DNA of 64,000 nucleotides from positions 672,001-736,000 of the forward strand of contig CAXXTF010000002.1 of NCBI GenBank assembly GCA_963665775.2. Reading direction: 5' to 3'. How positions within the stretch are numbered: the stretch's first letter is position 1; each line of letters starts with the position of its first letter. Under the pieces are notes generated by a model. That model worked only from the letters and a program-made list of their open reading frames with translations, was not told the DNA's origin and ran no database searches. The stretch comes from Dehalococcoidia bacterium. GTDB taxonomy: Bacteria > Chloroflexota > Dehalococcoidia > SM23-28-2 > RBG-16-64-32. The position numbers and the translations under genes are program-made. Shown here one piece after another: positions 60,961 to 64,000 of the stretch.

Positions 60961-61052
60961 CCAAAAACACGGTCGGCAAGCTGAGAGACCATGAGGCTGC
61001 GATCCAGCCTCCAACCTCCAGCTTCCGACCCTCCCAATTGGCGATAAAGGCT

Positions 61053-61169
61053 CCTGGTGGCCAGAGCGAGGCGGCCCCACCCGTTCCCATCCCGAACACG
61101 GAAGTGAAACGCCTCAGCGCCGACGATACTGCCCGGGCAACTGGGTGTGGAAAATAGGCCGCTGCCAGG
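61053..61169 (+). rRNA. rrf: 5S rRNA
   Basis: CCTGGTGG...CCCATCCCGAACACGGAAGTGAA...CTGCCAGG. Confidence 0.97.
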
Positions 61170-61270
61170 GGCCTTTTTCTCTACCCCATTCCCCTTCACT
61201 ACCTCCTCCCCTATCCCCCTAGAAGCGTTCTGCTATAATGGACACCGGAAGCTCGCGAGGGCTGAACCCA

Positions 61271-63379
61271 TCCCGACTGGAGGTAGCGCACTTGACTTCT
61301 GAACAGGCACAAGGAGGAACACCGCCTGGAGACGAGATGTCCATGGCCGCCCTCCTTGAGGAAGAGAGCATCCCTTACCCCCGCCTTCGTCGTGGTGAGA
61401 TCATCGAAGGGGTACTCGTAGGGACCAATCGAGATGGCATCCTGGTTGACATCGGTGCCAAGTCCGAAGGCGTAGTCCCCCCCCATGAGATGCATTGCCT
61501 GCGGCCGGAAGGACCCTCCAGCTTGCAGCCCGGGGAGAAGCTCTTAGTCTTCGTCGTCCAGCCAGAGTCCCCGGAAGGCCAGATCATCCTCTCCCTGGAC
61601 AGAGCCCGCGGCGAGCACGGCTGGCGCGTCCTGCAGGATTACCTGGACCAGAACAGCTCTTTCGAAGGGCACGTCGCCGGCAGCAACAAAGGCGGCTTAC
61701 TCGTAAACGTGGAGGGCGTAAGCGGCTTCGTCCCCCTCTCCCAAATAGTGTCCGGCCCGGACCGTAACTCCACAGAAGGCCCGGAGAGAGCTCTCCTGGC
61801 GTGGGTGGGAAGGACCCTCCACCTCAAGGTTATAGAGCTCAACCGTCGTCGCAACCGGGCCATCCTCTCAGAGCGCGCGGCCTTCCAAGAGAAACGCGCG
61901 GCGGAGAAGGAGAGACTCCTGCAGGAGATCAGCGAGGGTGAGGTCCGTAGCGGTCGGATCACCAGCATACGCGACTTCGGTATCTTCGTGGACATCGGCG
62001 GCGCTGATGGTCTGGTCCACCTCTCGGAACTCTCCTGGGAGCGCACACCAAAATCACCACACGAGCTGTTCAAGACCGGCGACGAGGTAGAGGTGTACGT
62101 CCTCAAAGTAGACCAGGAGAGCAAGCGAATCGGCCTCAGCGTGCGCCGTGCTCAACCCGAACGTTGGCTAGAGATCGTCTCGCGCTACCGTGAAGGCCAG
62201 ATAGTTCCTGGACAAGTCACGAAACTGGCTCCCTTCGGCGCCTTCGTACGACTGGAGGGACCCATCGAGGGTCTGATCCATATCTCGGAGCTCGTGGACC
62301 GACGCGTCAACCATCCCAACGAGGTGATAGATGAAGGCGACGCCGTGCCCGTCAAGATCGTCCGAATCGAGCACGACCGACACCGGCTGGGCCTGAGCCT
62401 GCGCCAGGCCCGGGACAAAGCGGAAGAAGACGGCTGGACGTTCAACGACAACGGCAGCGTGGTCTCCCCAGCACCAGGCGTATTGGACCAGCTCGGCATC
62501 GAAGAGACTGTGACCGCGCCCGCAACGGAAGCGGAGCCCGCCCAGACAGTCGCTGACGTCGAGGCGGAGGCCGCGACCGAAGCCGAATCCGAGGCGCCCA
62601 CCGTGGTAGAAGAGATCGCAGCGGAGCCGGAAGCGCAGACCTCTGCCCAGCCCACAGCGGAGATCGAGGCGGAGGCCGCGACCGAAGCCGAATCCGAGGC
62701 GCCCACCGCGGTAGAAGAGATCGCAGCGGAGCCGGAAGCGCAGACCTCTGCCCAGCCCACAGCGGAGATCGAGGCGGAGGCCGCAACCAAGATTGAGTCC
62801 GAAGCCCCCGCCGCCGTAGAACCGGAAACGGCTGTAGCGGCCGAAGAGCCACAGACGGAAGCCGCGCCAGCGGTGGCGGCAGACGAAGCCGCGTCTGACG
62901 AGCCGGCGCCAGAAGCGGAGCCCCAAGCGGAGGTAGCGACCGTGCCAGAAGGCTCGGCGGAAGCGGAGCCGGAAGCAACTGCGGAAGCGCCGCCAGTGGA
63001 GGCGGCAGACGAAGCCGCGTCTGACGAGCCGGCGCCAGAAGCGGAGCCCCAAGCAGAGGTTGCGACCGCACCAGAAGGCTCAGCGGAAGCGGAGCCGGAA
63101 GCGGCGGCGGAGCCAGAAGCAACTGCGGAAGCGCCGCCAGTGGAGGCGGCAGAGGACACCGCATCCGACAAGCCGGCGCCGGAAGTAGCGACCGCACCCG
63201 AAGGCTCAACGGAAGCGGAGACCGAGACACCCATCCAAACCCCTGAAGAGCAGAATGCAACGGAACAGCAGCCAGAAGCGTTCAATAAAGAGGGGGAAAC
63301 GCTGACAACCAGCGAGTCTGCTCCTGTGGAACCGATCTTGAGTAGCCAGACGCAAGCGGAGAGAGAGAGCGGGAGTTGA
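61271..63379 (+). CDS. rpsA: 30S ribosomal protein S1 (four S1 domains) with long acidic repeat tail
   Basis: VDIGAKSEG, NKGGL, FGIFVDIGGADGLVHLSELSW, FGAFV...EGLIHISEL; GGAGG-TTG start; ORF track starts at 61238. Confidence 0.93.
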   Translation, partial: SRLEVAHLTSEQAQGGTPPGDEMSMAALLEEESIPYPRLRRGEIIEGVLVGTNRDGILVDIGAKSEGVVPPHEMHCLRPEGPSSLQPGEKLLVFVVQPESPEGQIILSLDRARGEHGWRVLQDYLDQNSSFEGHVAGSNKGGLLVNVEGVSGFVPLSQIVSGPDRNSTEGPERALLAWVGRTLHLKVIELNRRRNRAILSERAAFQEKRAAEKERLLQEISEGEVRSGRITSIRDFGIFVDIGGADGLVHLSELSWERTPKSPHELFKTGDEVEVYVLKVDQESKRIGLSVRRAQPERWLEIVSRYREGQIVPGQVTKLAPFGAFVRLEGPIEGLIHISELVDRRVNHPNEVIDEGDAVPVKIVRIEHDRHRLGLSLRQARDKAEEDGWTFNDNGSVVSPAPGVLDQLGIEETVTAPATEAEPAQTVADVEAEAATEAESEAPTVVEEIAAEPEAQTSAQPTAEIEAEAATEAESEAPTAVEEIAAEPEAQTSAQPTAEIEAEAATKIESEAPAAVEPETAVAAEEPQTEAAPAVAADEAASDEPAPEAEPQAEVATVPEGSAEAEPEATAEAPPVEAADEAASDEPAPEAEPQAEVATAPEGSAEAEPEAAAEPEATAEAPPVEAAEDTASDKPAPEVATAPEGSTEAETETPIQTPEEQNATEQQPEAFNKEGETLTTSESAPVEPILSSQTQAERESGS
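62561..63230 (+). repeat. coding tandem repeats in the rpsA tail (105-bp and 126-bp units)
   Basis: 105-bp unit starts at 62561, 62666 and 62771; 126-bp period between 62881 and 63007. Confidence 0.9.
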
Positions 63380-63382
63380 AAT

Positions 63383-64000
63383 ATGGCTGACAGATTCGAT
63401 AAGTTCACCGAGCGCGCCCGCCGGGTCCTCACCCTGGCTCAGGAAGAGGCCCTACGCTTCAACCACAACTACATCGGCACGGAACACCTCCTCCTCGGCC
63501 TCGTCCGTGAAGGAGACGGGGTAGCCGCCAAGGTCCTGGCTAACCTCGGCGTTGAGCTCAACAAGGTACGCTCCGCCGTCGAATTCATCATCGGCCGTGG
63601 CGACCGGGCCGTCACCGGCGAGATCGGACTCACCCCCCGTGCCAAAAAGGTTATCGAACTGGCCGTCGACGAGGCACGCCGCCTCGGCCACCACTACATC
63701 GGCACGGAACACCTCCTCCTCGGCCTCGTCCGTGAAGGCGAGGGCATCGCCGCCGGCGTTCTAGCAAGCCTGGGCATCAGCCTGGACAAGGTCCGCGGGG
63801 AGGTCACTCGCATACTCTCCCAAAGCATGCCCCAGGGCACCGCTCAGGGAGGCCGTGCTGCCCCCACCCGCACCCCCACCGTCGACCAGCTGGGGATAGA
63901 CCTTACGGCCGCTGCCAGAGCCGGAAAGTTGGACCCCGTCATCGGTCGCGAAAAGGAGATCGAGCGGGTCATCCAGATCCTCTCACGGCGTACCAAGAAC
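63383..64000 (+). CDS. clpC: ATP-dependent Clp protease ATP-binding subunit, 5' partial
   Basis: [37 protein letters not shown], second Clp-N repeat, [16 protein letters not shown]; runs off the window. Confidence 0.95.
   Translation, partial: MADRFDKFTERARRVLTLAQEEALRFNHNYIGTEHLLLGLVREGDGVAAKVLANLGVELNKVRSAVEFIIGRGDRAVTGEIGLTPRAKKVIELAVDEARRLGHHYIGTEHLLLGLVREGEGIAAGVLASLGISLDKVRGEVTRILSQSMPQGTAQGGRAAPTRTPTVDQLGIDLTAAARAGKLDPVIGREKEIERVIQILSRRTKN

Overview
GC-rich bacterial chromosomal window, probably Chloroflexota (likely Dehalococcoidia), judged from 16S features and gene content without a database check. It is mostly core genes: tRNA-Val, thrS, accC/accB, tRNA-Ser, miaB, nrtR, dtd, nadABC, a thiolase/OB-fold pair, purS, a partial his operon, nfeD/SPFH, mazG, mscS, pcrA, maf, rlmD, a NuoE/NuoF-like pair, a Grx-TrxR fusion, a CBS/hemolysin protein, divIC, tilS, a complete rRNA operon (16S-Ile-Ala-23S-fMet-5S), rpsA and the 5' part of clpC. 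One complete IS1380-family element interrupts a small gene. The most unusual signal is a family of ~28-bp palindromic REP-like repeats with compensatory stem changes, inserted in-frame in nadB and pcrA, with a related intergenic doublet. Other notable signals are: a T-box antiterminator apparently lacking Stem I, placed after tRNA-Val and a GIY-YIG-like fragment; a Zn-dependent PLC-fold gene and a tandem-duplicated HisG inside the his operon; an orphan NuoEF/HydCB module beside a TrxR fusion that has lost its NADPH-binding arginines; a Ser1 proteasome-beta-like protein; and a small ORF inside the rRNA spacer. All family assignments come from motif recognition by eye.
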